Origin: a virus
Lineage: Duplodnaviria > Caudoviricetes
Strand: one strand, 5' to 3'
DNA length: 64,000 nt
IMG/VR virus record: IMGVR_UViG_3300028735_000004
Location: 64,001 to 128,000 of that record
Every line of letters begins with the position of its first letter. Position 1 is the first letter of the stretch. Position numbers and translations under genes: made by a program. The notes beneath the pieces were generated by a model that was not told the origin of the DNA, did no database searches, and worked only from the letters and a program-made list of their open reading frames with translations. Shown here one piece after another: positions 1 through 10,073 of the stretch.

Positions 1-247
1 TTATCTCTATTCACTAAATAATCACTTTCCCAAATTGAAATAATATTATATCCAATTTTTTTAACATCTTTTCTTTTTCCAAAGTGGCAGCATATAATTC
101 TTTAAAAGCAATATTACATTTTTTATTTATTTTATTACTATCAAAAACTTTAGGATTTACGTGCCAATAGTCGCCATAAAATTCATAAATAGTGTTGGTT
201 TCTGGCACATAAGCATTGATAAATTTTGAAGTAGATCTTTCAATCAT
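1..247 (-). pseudogene. Truncated, frameshifted PD-(D/E)XK/Vsr-like endonuclease remnant
   Basis: NAYVPETNTIYEFYGDYWHVNP resembles the DGYxxxxxxxYEFxGDYWHGNP endonuclease motif. One missing base near 52-54 restores KKLGYNIISIWESDY, the usual C-terminal motif. The N-terminal domains are absent. Confidence 0.55.
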
Positions 248-1206
248 TTAAATAAAGAAAATAATTTCTTAATTAAATCAAAAATAAAACCCAATGGATT
301 AAATGCATTCTTCATCAACAATGCATCAACATTATCTTCCGAATGAGATACCGCTTCTCTTGGTATCTCTAAAGGAATGCCTATTTCCTCAAGTTCTACT
401 GGTGAAAATTGAGACTCTGTTTTTGTTGGCCCTGGAGTTTCTTTATATAATTTTTCCAATACCGCCCAGACCTCTTTAGAACAAGCATCGTAAGAATACA
501 AGGAAATAGGAAGATCTGGATATGCTTTAACAAACTTGGCAACATCTTCTGGATTTAATACGGAAGGAGCTTTCGGTGCCATTGGTCCTTTGCCGTAAGT
601 ATTTCCAATTGGCCATACTGGTTTTGCAGATTGTGGATTTTTTTGATTAAATTTAACCCACTCATTATTGGTCCAAGATACTATTTTATCAACAGGACGG
701 CCTATCTCTGCCCAATAACTTTGTGGCATTACCGCATCCATATATTTCCCGAAACCAATATACGGAAAATCTAAATGATACGAGACGATAGGGAAAGGGG
801 CGTGCGCTATAAAAACATCTCCAACTTGCTTTCGGAGTTCAACCATATATTGTTCGGCAATTTGATTTGCATTTTTTGCCATTTGCCATTCGATCTCTGC
901 GTTAATAATTAAACCGTCCGCCCCATCATCTATGCATCCTTTAAGTACGGGGATTTCTTTCTGCCATACTTCAGGTTTTGAATAAACCCATACATAAACT
1001 TTAATATCATTATCATGGCAAAGTTTAACAATTTTTTTAGCATTTTCGTTATTAAATTGTTGATATCTTGTAGTCTCTCCACATTTAATAGCCAGCCATT
1101 TAACGCCAGTTTTTTTACACCGATCAATTATTTTATCCCAATTGCCATTGTCGCAATTTTTAATTTGCCAGATCCACATACCTAAACCAGATGGTGCTAT
1201 TTTCAT
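244..1206 (-). CDS. Putative endolysin / glycoside hydrolase (GH25-like TIM barrel)
   Basis: GMWIW...WLAIK...YVWVY...DGLIINAEIEW...DAVMPQSYW pattern of TIM-barrel muramidase-like proteins. ATG at 1206 has an AAGG SD. Amphipathic C-terminal helix. TGA stop overlaps the next ATG. Confidence 0.55.
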   Translation of the reverse strand: MKIAPSGLGMWIWQIKNCDNGNWDKIIDRCKKTGVKWLAIKCGETTRYQQFNNENAKKIVKLCHDNDIKVYVWVYSKPEVWQKEIPVLKGCIDDGADGLIINAEIEWQMAKNANQIAEQYMVELRKQVGDVFIAHAPFPIVSYHLDFPYIGFGKYMDAVMPQSYWAEIGRPVDKIVSWTNNEWVKFNQKNPQSAKPVWPIGNTYGKGPMAPKAPSVLNPEDVAKFVKAYPDLPISLYSYDACSKEVWAVLEKLYKETPGPTKTESQFSPVELEEIGIPLEIPREAVSHSEDNVDALLMKNAFNPLGFIFDLIKKLFSLFK

Positions 1207-1220
1207 TTTTACCTTATATC

Positions 1221-2120
1221 CTATATATCTTGCCAAGTTTTGTTTTCAACTATTAATTTTATAGTTCTTCTGCTAACATTAAATTGTTTTGATAAAATTG
1301 TTTTATTTTTGACAATTGGCCATAATTTTCTAATTTTTAACACATCTTCTTCAGTTAATTTATTACTTGGCGCTCCGGAACCTTTATATTTATTTTTACG
1401 CATCATAATGTCTCTATCAATAATTAACTTTTTAGATAAATTTGTGTCTAAATTTAGATTTTTCCAAGTTCGACCAGATAACATATCCCAGATCAAAAAT
1501 TTAGAAACATTGAATTTTTTAGAAGTTTCAAATATAGAAACATTATTATTAATAAAATAATTATAAATATCAATAATTTTACTTTCAGTTAATTTGGCTC
1601 CGGGTTTTCTTTTAATGGGGTGTTTATTTAATTCTGACCAACATTTACCTCTTATTATTCTATTGACTGTTGATTTAGATACATTGTATGTTTGTTTAAT
1701 ATCACTCACTTTAGCGCCACAATTATATGCTTCTAATATTTCTAATACTTGTTTTTTTGATAACTTTGCGGTATTTATTTTTTCTTTTTGTTTCGTGGTG
1801 TATTTATACCCAGAAATACCTTCACCGCCATCTGTTAAATTATAGCCATATTTATTACCGTATTTTTTAACATTAGTTTTATATAAACTAATGTAATAAA
1901 TTTCTCTATTAGTTAATTCATCTTGTATTAAATTTTCTTCCAAAATTTCAAATTTAAAATTATCTATGCCATATTTTTTGATAGCCTTATGAATCAAAGA
2001 TTTTTTAATATCTTTTTTAGATGTGTAAATATGTTTATACCATCTTTTTTTATAATCAGATGTTTTGCCAATATAAATTTTATTATTTAATAAATTGGTA
2101 ATTTTATAAACACAATTCAT
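1221..2120 (-). CDS. GIY-YIG homing endonuclease with C-terminal HTH/NUMOD-like repeats
   Basis: VYKITNLLNNKIYIGKT...KRWYKH...LTDGGEG, followed by three repeats AKLSKKQVLEI / AKLTESKIIDI / NKLTEEDVLKI. Confidence 0.88.
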   Translation of the reverse strand: MNCVYKITNLLNNKIYIGKTSDYKKRWYKHIYTSKKDIKKSLIHKAIKKYGIDNFKFEILEENLIQDELTNREIYYISLYKTNVKKYGNKYGYNLTDGGEGISGYKYTTKQKEKINTAKLSKKQVLEILEAYNCGAKVSDIKQTYNVSKSTVNRIIRGKCWSELNKHPIKRKPGAKLTESKIIDIYNYFINNNVSIFETSKKFNVSKFLIWDMLSGRTWKNLNLDTNLSKKLIIDRDIMMRKNKYKGSGAPSNKLTEEDVLKIRKLWPIVKNKTILSKQFNVSRRTIKLIVENKTWQDI

Positions 2121-2138
2121 AAATCAAATACCTAATAC

Positions 2139-2411
2139 TCAATTACTTTTTGGAACGCACATAAATTTTAACATAATTATTGCGTTCAATTCTTTTTGAC
2201 GCTGATTAAATTCAATTATAGCAGGTTCCATATTATTTATTTCACATATGTCAGTGGCTAAATCAACCGCTTTTCTTTTAAGCGTTTCAGTATCATCCCC
2301 AATTCCAGATAGAACATATATATTTTTATGTTCGGCGTCTTGGGCGACATTATATTGGAATGTTGGAGCACAACTGAATAGTAATGTTGAAATTAATAAA
2401 CTTACTCTCAT
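2139..2411 (-). CDS. Small lipoprotein (possible o-spanin)
   Basis: Likely start at 2411: MRVSLLISTLLFSC, a short signal peptide with lipobox Cys; about 90 aa. Confidence 0.5.
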   Translation of the reverse strand: MRVSLLISTLLFSCAPTFQYNVAQDAEHKNIYVLSGIGDDTETLKRKAVDLATDICEINNMEPAIIEFNQRQKELNAIIMLKFMCVPKSN

Positions 2412-2412
2412 A

Positions 2413-3774
2413 TCAACCTTTTCTACGATCAACCACACCTGTTGTAAATTTACCGAATGTAGAGGATTTTGCTGCAATCTTATTCTTTATTTCTTGAACT
2501 TTTGATACTGTTTCATCTTTGCCACTATCTAAATTCAAAGTTAAATTTCGTTGCTCGTCTTTAGTTTTTACTGTTTGCGTTAAAGTTTGAGCTTCTTTCT
2601 TTAGTTGTTCTACACGGCTCATAGGCAAACCTAAACCAGAAAACATAGAATAAACTTTTACACAATCTTCTGTATCTTCAGTTGTATAAACTCCTTTAAA
2701 AATACCTTTTGGAGTTCCACAATGATCTGAAATCATAGCTGTGGCATAATTAACTGCAACTGAAGGTATTTTTTTCCACACTTCTTTATTTGCAGTTAAT
2801 AATACGCCTACATATTTTGCTTGCTTAAGATCAAAACCACTTGCAAGAAGATTAGAGTTAAGATTTTCTACAACCGCTTCTGCTATTGCGGTTTCATCAG
2901 AATAATTTGAAACTTTAATTTCTCCATAAGTAGTTAAACCTTCACCGTCAATTAAAATTTTTGCTAATTCTGTTGGGTCTAATGGTTTAACATTAGATGG
3001 CATTGAAGATAATTTATTAAATACATCTAAAGGTTCTACGATTGCGCGGTTAGCAACATTATAGAAATCCATTTGACCAACATCGCTAAATAAACTTTCA
3101 ATCTTAGCATTATCAACTACAACAAGATTTGCTATTCGTTTTGTTTGAGCAAATTTTGTTAATTTAGATAAAGTTTCTAATGCATTATGTTTTGTTTGTG
3201 CATCCTCGGATTCCATAGGAAGAACCGTCATAACCATTAGTGGTTTTCCTGTTGATGTCAGAAGATCAACAATCGTTTCACAAGAGCCTGCACCAGAACC
3301 GCCACCTAAACTTAAACAAAACACTAAAACTTGAGCATCTGCAAGTTGATTATTGACCAACTCCATTATCTTATCTTTGTGAGCCTCTGCTGCAGCTTTA
3401 CCTAAGTCTAATTCTCGCGCAGCTCCACCTAAACCGAATTCTAATAATAATTTATTTGTTTCTGGAAGATTTAAAAATTTAAGATCTTGAGTAGCGGTAT
3501 TAACGGCAACTGCGTCATATCCTAAACGATAAAAAGTTTCAGCCAATCTGCCACCAGCCTGACCAGATCCAATAACTCCAAAATTTATACTTTTTTCAGA
3601 TTTTACAACTACTTTTGCAGGCATTTCATCCTCTTCTTTTTTTGCTAATTTTTTGCGCAATTCTGCTAATTTATCATTATCTATATCACTCATTTTATTT
3701 TTTTCCTTTTTATCTTCTAAATCATCAATAATATTTTCTTTTGGTAAATCTTCTATAAAAGTTTTAGATGTCAT
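2413..3774 (-). CDS. Tubulin/FtsZ-family GTPase (PhuZ/TubZ/CetZ-like)
   Basis: GSGQAGGRLA T1 loop, AVNT, LGGAA, SLGGGSGAG signature, VVDNAK, LDPTEL T7-like loop and a C-terminal coiled coil. TGAGG SD upstream. Confidence 0.9.
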   Translation of the reverse strand: MTSKTFIEDLPKENIIDDLEDKKEKNKMSDIDNDKLAELRKKLAKKEEDEMPAKVVVKSEKSINFGVIGSGQAGGRLAETFYRLGYDAVAVNTATQDLKFLNLPETNKLLLEFGLGGAARELDLGKAAAEAHKDKIMELVNNQLADAQVLVFCLSLGGGSGAGSCETIVDLLTSTGKPLMVMTVLPMESEDAQTKHNALETLSKLTKFAQTKRIANLVVVDNAKIESLFSDVGQMDFYNVANRAIVEPLDVFNKLSSMPSNVKPLDPTELAKILIDGEGLTTYGEIKVSNYSDETAIAEAVVENLNSNLLASGFDLKQAKYVGVLLTANKEVWKKIPSVAVNYATAMISDHCGTPKGIFKGVYTTEDTEDCVKVYSMFSGLGLPMSRVEQLKKEAQTLTQTVKTKDEQRNLTLNLDSGKDETVSKVQEIKNKIAAKSSTFGKFTTGVVDRRKG

Positions 3775-3848
3775 TTATACCTCACCAGCAAATATATCCT
3801 TATCTAAATTTATTTATTTTAAACCATATTATTATTTTGTATTTATTT

Positions 3849-4700
3849 ATGCTTAAAGGCTCTATTTTTAAATACTTCTTAGAATCAATGGATATTATTA
3901 AAAGTAATATGGCTAAGAGAATAATGTATAGTATTATACTAAGTCTTGCGACTCCTACAGAAATATATCACACTTCCGGAATTGTAGATTATAAAGCATT
4001 AAAAGCCGATACTGAAGGCATTGATGAACTTGTGAAATATGGTATAAAGCCTGCATTCACGAATTAATACATTATGGTGAGCAAGAAGATTATTATGAGG
4101 GTAATAAAGAAAGAGCTAATAAATCCAATCGATGTATATAAAGAAGTGGAAGATATTCTAACTGAAAGTGGAGATATTCATCGCTTCAAAGATTGGACTA
4201 CTAAAATTAGAAATAATTCAGAATATCATAAACAAAATCATAAAGAAAGACAAATTAATAAAGAGAAAATTGATATTAAAAAAACTCTATATAATCAATT
4301 TGTTAAACTAAATAATATACTTGATATTATAGATTATAATTTTAATATCATTAATAATAAAGAAGATTTAAAAACTAAATTTACTCAATATAAAAGATAT
4401 GAAGGTATTTATCTTCCAACTGTTGAAATAAATTATATAATATATGATATTGTGCAAACAATTAAAACAAGATCGTCAATTTATGACACAAAAAACGATG
4501 ATATAAGTGAATTATACTACTCTATAGAATTATATAATATATTAATAGAAAAATCAGGTATTAATTTATATGGGTTATTCAGCAAATATATGTATGAAGA
4601 AATGTCTACCGAAGGTATAACAAAATTAGAACAAGCATATAAAGAATACAATAAATTAATTAACGAATTCAGATATAAAATTGAATTTGCTTTAAGTTAA
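3849..4700 (+). pseudogene. Probable single interrupted gene with hidden HExxH metallopeptidase-like motif (listed as two ORFs, 3768..4067 and 4074..4700)
   Basis: The two ORFs share a frame and are separated by TAA. An alternative frame at 4058-4141 reads HELIHYGEQEDYYEGNKERANK with genome-typical codons, while the start of the second ORF is rich in atypical G-ending codons. Confidence 0.4.
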
Positions 4701-4708
4701 TTTAAACA

Positions 4709-5674
4709 TTATTTTCTAAACCACCACTGATTATTCATATACCACTCGCAAACTCCACCTATAGCTTCTTTAAACTTAAATTCTGGCTTCCATCCAAGTG
4801 CTCTTAACTTAGATGCATCAACAGAATATCTAAAATCGTGTCCTGGTCTTGGATCTTTAATATGAGTAATTAAAGAATGCCCATCACCGACAGCATTACA
4901 TACCATTTGAACAACTTCAATATTTCTATATTCTTGATTTGCGGAAATATTATATGTTTCATTAATTACATCTGAATTTAATATTTTTAATAAACCGGCG
5001 CAATTATCAAAAACATGTGTCCAATCTCTTATTTGTAAGCCTTGACCATAAATTGGTATAGGTTCTTTATTAATAATACTTTTAATTATTCTTGGTATTA
5101 ATTTATTTGATGTTTGTCTTGGACCATAGTTATTTGAAGATCTTGTTATCAAATATTGCAAGCCAAATGTGTTATGTGCCGCTTTAACAAGCAATTCGCC
5201 AGCCGCTTTTGATGCGCTGTATGGATTTTGAGGATCAATTGGATTATTTTCGGTCCAAGAAGCATCGTGTTCTGATTTTAACATACCGTATATTTCATCC
5301 GTAGATACATAAACAAATTTTTCTATTTTATGCTTTAATGAAGCCTCAATTATTACTTGAGTGCCAACTACATTATGCTCTACGAAAATACCAGGATCTT
5401 TTATAGAAGCATCTACCGAGCTTTCTGCAGCACCGTGAATAACAATATCTGGTTTTTCAAATTCAAAAATATTATTAATAATATGTCTGTCTCTAATATC
5501 AGCCAAATAAAAAGTATGATTTTTATTTGAATATATATTATTTAAGTCAGCAGGATTATTTACTCTATCAATGCTAATAAACTCATAGGGATATTTTTCA
5601 TATATTGCCTTACGAATAAAATTACTATAAATAAATCCACAACTTCCGGTAATTAAAATTTTTTTCTTACTCAT
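4709..5674 (-). CDS. rmlB: dTDP-glucose 4,6-dehydratase-like (extended SDR)
   Basis: ITGSCGFIYSNF, IHGAAESSVDASI, STDEIYG, YSASK, NNYGPRQ, RDWTHVFD and DPRPGHDFRYSVD motifs. Confidence 0.88.
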   Translation of the reverse strand: MSKKKILITGSCGFIYSNFIRKAIYEKYPYEFISIDRVNNPADLNNIYSNKNHTFYLADIRDRHIINNIFEFEKPDIVIHGAAESSVDASIKDPGIFVEHNVVGTQVIIEASLKHKIEKFVYVSTDEIYGMLKSEHDASWTENNPIDPQNPYSASKAAGELLVKAAHNTFGLQYLITRSSNNYGPRQTSNKLIPRIIKSIINKEPIPIYGQGLQIRDWTHVFDNCAGLLKILNSDVINETYNISANQEYRNIEVVQMVCNAVGDGHSLITHIKDPRPGHDFRYSVDASKLRALGWKPEFKFKEAIGGVCEWYMNNQWWFRK

Positions 5675-5697
5675 TATTCCTCATATCTATTATATCA

Positions 5698-6525
5698 TCA
5701 TTTATATAAATTATATTTTGGATCTTGATATTTTTCAGCTTCTTTAACATCAATGTGTTTGTGCCAATGTGTTATAAATGTTTTAATATTGTGGTTCATA
5801 AATAATTTATTAACTGGATTAACTTTTAAACTTCCACTTTCTTCGTGATAGATATTAGTTTGACCACAATTAACTATTTTTTTACCAAGAAGATATTTAA
5901 TTCTGAAGCTCATATCTATATCTTCAAAGGCCCAAATATAATCTTCACAAAAGCCTTTATTACCAGATTTATTAGTAAAACAATTTTCAAATACATCTGA
6001 CTTCATTAAAGCGACAGCACCAGTTACGGCCGGAAAAATTCTATTCTGCCTGTCCCTATCTTCTTCTTTTTGATTTAATCTGAAATGATATGGTAATCCT
6101 CTGGAAGACATTGAGCATAATACTCCGGCGTGTTGAATTTTATCCGTATCAAAATAATTTAATTTAGCTCCAACTTGACCAACCGAGGGATCCTTTTCAA
6201 TAATATTAATCATATTTTTTAAAGAAGTTCGATCGTTAAATTGAATATCATTATTTAATGTTAAAATTAAATCATTTGACTTGGATGCTGCTTCTTTAAA
6301 TAAGAAATTCATACCTTGTGCATAACTATCTCTATTATGAGGATATGAAATTGGTATAATGTTTTGATTATTCCAAGATTTTATTTCTTCTATAGATCCG
6401 TCTGTAGAAGCATTATCTTTGATTAACCATTTAAAATCAACATTTTCTAACGCTGGTAATAAAGAGTTTTTCAATCTAATTAATTTATTTTTACCCTGCC
6501 AATTTAATGTAAGTAAGTATAACAT
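5698..6525 (-). CDS. Glycosyltransferase family 2
   Basis: Likely start MLYLLTLNW at 6525. KDNASTDGS, LTLNNDI, KIQHAG, AVTGAVAL and FEDIDMSFR motifs. Confidence 0.85.
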   Translation of the reverse strand: MLYLLTLNWQGKNKLIRLKNSLLPALENVDFKWLIKDNASTDGSIEEIKSWNNQNIIPISYPHNRDSYAQGMNFLFKEAASKSNDLILTLNNDIQFNDRTSLKNMINIIEKDPSVGQVGAKLNYFDTDKIQHAGVLCSMSSRGLPYHFRLNQKEEDRDRQNRIFPAVTGAVALMKSDVFENCFTNKSGNKGFCEDYIWAFEDIDMSFRIKYLLGKKIVNCGQTNIYHEESGSLKVNPVNKLFMNHNIKTFITHWHKHIDVKEAEKYQDPKYNLYK

Positions 6526-6526
6526 T

Positions 6527-7525
6527 TTATAACCCCACTTGAATGCCAGCGCCAACTGATACTGCGCCATCAAAACCAACTTGAACTTGAGGGGCAACAT
6601 ATGTATTACGAATAACTTTTGGTATATGTTGTCCAACATTGTACGCAGCCGGAACAATTACGACTTGTGGTTGTTTTGATACTATATCATAACCCATACC
6701 TAATTGTAAAAATGACCAATCAGGACTATCGTTATATTTACCGTAAGTCATAAAACCAAATGTTGCATTGGGTGTAAATTCACCATTAACTCCTGGTTTA
6801 GCGGTTTGTATATTAATACCACCGCCTGCACCGATATAAAGTCTTGGATTCCAGAATTTAAATTTTGCTCCAGGATATTCTTGAATTAATTTCGCATTAT
6901 TAATATTTACTGGATATTCTTTACCGTCTACACTAACTGAAAATTTATTATAAATATACTGCTTGCCTTCTTCATCTTTGCCTATAACATTAACCATATT
7001 ATAAGATCTTTGTTTTACGCTAACATCCCAAGGTTTTTCTTTCCAGGCGCTAAAACTAACTGATCCGATAGGTACTGATGTTTCATTAAATTTCTCAGAT
7101 AATTCTAAATTTTGTTTGTTTTTCAAATAACCATATAGATCTACTGAGCAAGATGTAGGTTCAACCGGATCTGGTCGAGGATCTGTGCTTGTAGAAGGTA
7201 TATTTGTTCCAGATTGAGCTCTACTATATACAATTGTTTTATTTACTGCAACAACTGAAGCGTTCAATTTGCCTAAATCTTGCCTTATCACATTAAGATT
7301 TACATTATTTTCTTTAATAAATTCATCCATATCCTTTTTAGTAGCGTATTGGGACATAGATCTAACTATGTGATCGTTTAATTGTTTTTGTTCTACGATG
7401 CTTTCATTTATTGCTGCTTGTCGTGAAATAATTTGTTGTTGGAAATAAATTATAAAACCTAATCCACATAAAATTAAAACAAACGACAATACTACAATTA
7501 TTATATGTTTTAAAGATATTGTCAT
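6527..7525 (-). CDS. Membrane-anchored protein (N-terminal TM, coiled coil, C-terminal Gly/aromatic beta-strands)
   Basis: IIIVVLSFVLILCGLGFIIYF TM segment. C-terminus ends TYVAPQVQVGFDGAVSVGAGIQVGL. AAGGAG SD. Confidence 0.6.
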   Translation of the reverse strand: MTISLKHIIIVVLSFVLILCGLGFIIYFQQQIISRQAAINESIVEQKQLNDHIVRSMSQYATKKDMDEFIKENNVNLNVIRQDLGKLNASVVAVNKTIVYSRAQSGTNIPSTSTDPRPDPVEPTSCSVDLYGYLKNKQNLELSEKFNETSVPIGSVSFSAWKEKPWDVSVKQRSYNMVNVIGKDEEGKQYIYNKFSVSVDGKEYPVNINNAKLIQEYPGAKFKFWNPRLYIGAGGGINIQTAKPGVNGEFTPNATFGFMTYGKYNDSPDWSFLQLGMGYDIVSKQPQVVIVPAAYNVGQHIPKVIRNTYVAPQVQVGFDGAVSVGAGIQVGL

Positions 7526-7547
7526 TTTAGTACTCCTTTAGCCCCAT

Positions 7548-7575
7548 ACTATAACTCTGGTACCAAAGATGTCAA
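7548..7575 (-). promoter_or_regulatory. Sigma70-like promoter
   Basis: TTGACA (7575-7570), 16 nt spacer, TATAGT (7553-7548), followed by AAGGAG SD and ATG at 7525. Confidence 0.55.
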
Positions 7576-7580
7576 TACTT

Positions 7581-8722
7581 TTATTTTTTCCATACATTAT
7601 AATAAATTTCTTTAATATCAATATTATTTAAATTTAATTGTAAATTAAATACTTTAGATTGATTCTCAATAAGGCTACATAAATCTTCCAATTTTGTTCT
7701 ATAAAATAATGATGGTATAATGAATAATTTTATATTATATTTTTTGCATAATTTTATTTTTAACCTGTCTCTTTTTTTTAAATCCTCAAATTCTTTATTT
7801 GTTTTAAAAAATTTTCCTATCATCTCATAGTGTTGCTCACCTTGATGCTCAAAAGCAATTTTTAATTTTTCACAAAATCCATCTAACTGTAGTAAATAAC
7901 CAGTATTATGATTTTTTAACCATACCGGAAAACATTTTGGAAATTTTTCATCAAAAATTTTTTCAAATAGCAATCTGCATATTTCTTCTGATAAAAATTT
8001 ATTAGAACATTCTGGACACCACATATTTTTACTAACAATATTATTAGGCTTAATTTAAATTTATGATTATTTTTACATTCCCATTCAATTTTCTGGCCGG
8101 AGTTATAATATATATTAGAAATTAATTTACCTCCAAAATTAAATGCTATTTGTTGCAAATCATTAATTGATAATTTTGCATTACCAGCACATTTGGGGCA
8201 CCATTTGTTTTTTTTGATATTATTAGGAGTAGCTGACCAAATATGATTTTCAGAACATTTCCATAACAATTTATTATTCACCCCATTATAAATATCAGAT
8301 AAACAATCACCGTTTTTATTTTTCGCAAGTACCTTCATATCATCAATTGATAACTTTGCATTACCTGCGCATTTTGGACACCATATATTTCTATATATAA
8401 TCGAATCATATATAGCATACCATTTATGACCAAATTTACATTCCCATAATATTTTATCTTTACAATTTTTAACTGTATTGGATAAACATTTTCATTCTTT
8501 TAGTGAAGCAAAATATCTCAATTCGTCAATATTGATTTTGCCTTTTTTATTACAACTGGGGCACCATTCTCCGTTTTTTAATTTATAATAATTTTTACTA
8601 AAAGTATGATTAAATTTACATTTTATTAAAACTTTTTCATTATATTTAATATTATCTTTTATATCTGATAATAACTCTCCACCGTTATTAGATATAATTT
8701 CTATTATTTTGAAACTTTCCAT
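7581..8722 (-). pseudogene. Zinc-ribbon-repeat PD-(D/E)XK endonuclease pseudogene
   Basis: Three listed ORFs join into one protein. An in-frame TGA at 8492-8494 sits at the conserved Gly of the GGKCLS repeat, and one base is missing near 8045-8055. Four C-x3-H-x-W/F...WCPxC repeats precede a LQLDGF...AFEHQGEQHY nuclease domain. Confidence 0.8.
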
Positions 8723-9405
8723 TTGTTTATAAAAATCTTTCTCGCTTCTGTATATAATTTATTAGTGTTCAATTGAGAACTTGATATTTTTCCAAAATGT
8801 ATAACTGGAATTTGTACTAATTTAAATTTAAATTTTAATTTTTTGCTCCTAAAACCCATATCCGTATCTTCAAAATAAGCAATACCAAACTCTTCAGAAA
8901 ATGGTCCAATATAATTATTTATTATTAATTTATTAAATGTTCTTTTATTTCCAGCCAAGCACCAACCGCTCATATAATTAATATCTTTTTTAGAATCATT
9001 GGTTTCATATAAAAATTGAAAAGTTTTAGGATCTACCTTTCCACCAGTAGGACCAACGAGCGTATCTTCTTCTAATTCATTAATTAATAAATCTGTCCAA
9101 TTATTATGATTACATTTGACTCTAATATCATTATTTAAAAACAATACATTAGCATAGTGAGAAGCATTATAACCTCTATTACAGGCTTGTGCAAACCCAT
9201 AATTTTTATCATTTCTAATATAAATAATATTATAATGATCTTTCATAAAACTTCTAACAACTTCTTCTGTATTATCTTTGCTATCATTATCTATAATGAT
9301 TATTTCATTCTTATCTTTATCTAATTGACATAAATCTTGAAGACAACTTTTAGTAAAATTAGATTTATTAAATACTGGAATACAAATGCTTAACCGATCG
9401 GTCAT
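8704..9405 (-). CDS. Glycosyltransferase family 2
   Basis: Start MTDRLSICIPVFN at 9405 (ATGA overlap). IIDNDSKD, LFLNNDI and YFEDTD motifs. Confidence 0.85.
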   Translation of the reverse strand: MTDRLSICIPVFNKSNFTKSCLQDLCQLDKDKNEIIIIDNDSKDNTEEVVRSFMKDHYNIIYIRNDKNYGFAQACNRGYNASHYANVLFLNNDIRVKCNHNNWTDLLINELEEDTLVGPTGGKVDPKTFQFLYETNDSKKDINYMSGWCLAGNKRTFNKLIINNYIGPFSEEFGIAYFEDTDMGFRSKKLKFKFKLVQIPVIHFGKISSSQLNTNKLYTEARKIFINKWKVSK

Positions 9406-10073
9406 TTTATTAATTCCCAAATAAATTGATAAACATTACCATAAGGTTTTTTCTTTAAAAAATCAACAACTTCAGCTGGCAAATTATCATATGAATTATT
9501 AAACTCAGTATGTTCTGGCTCAACTCTTGTATCTTGCATTTCTTTTATTTTAAAACCACATCTTTTAATCATACTTTTTAAAGTTTTATATGTAAAAAAT
9601 CTAATGTGAGTATTATCACATAAGCCCAAATTACGATATTCAAAATTATTATTCAATAAGTCTATTATAACCGCGTTGTGAGCTATATTCGGTATAGATA
9701 TTAAAACAGAACCTTTATCTTTAATAAATTCTTTTGCTTCCATTAACACCTTTTCAGGATCATATAAATGTTCTAAAACATCTGCAAAAATAATATAATC
9801 AAAATCTTTAGGTAAAGTTTTCCAACTAAAATCTTCAATATCAGATCCTACAAAATTATAATTAGCATCAGCAAACTGTAATGCTTCAGACCCAGCATCT
9901 ATATCTTGCTCTACTATTACAACATTACAATTTAACTGCTCTTTCATATATTTTGTCATTCGACCGTGAGCGGAACCAAATTCCAAAACTTTAGAGTTAG
10001 GTTTTATCTTTTGTAATATCAAAGATGCAGAACTACCATCATTAATATCTAATGTAAAATTATATTTACTCAT
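9402..10073 (-). CDS. Class I SAM-dependent methyltransferase (glycan O-methyltransferase type)
   Basis: VLEFGSAHG motif I, FDYIIFADVLEHLYDP, IPNIAH, GLCDNTHIRFFT. Confidence 0.85.
   Translation of the reverse strand: MSKYNFTLDINDGSSASLILQKIKPNSKVLEFGSAHGRMTKYMKEQLNCNVVIVEQDIDAGSEALQFADANYNFVGSDIEDFSWKTLPKDFDYIIFADVLEHLYDPEKVLMEAKEFIKDKGSVLISIPNIAHNAVIIDLLNNNFEYRNLGLCDNTHIRFFTYKTLKSMIKRCGFKIKEMQDTRVEPEHTEFNNSYDNLPAEVVDFLKKKPYGNVYQFIWELIK

Noticed and set aside
8030-8060. Programmed frameshift at TTTAAAT in the zinc-ribbon gene
   Set aside because: The heptamer is out of phase with the upstream frame, and the gene also carries a nonsense codon.
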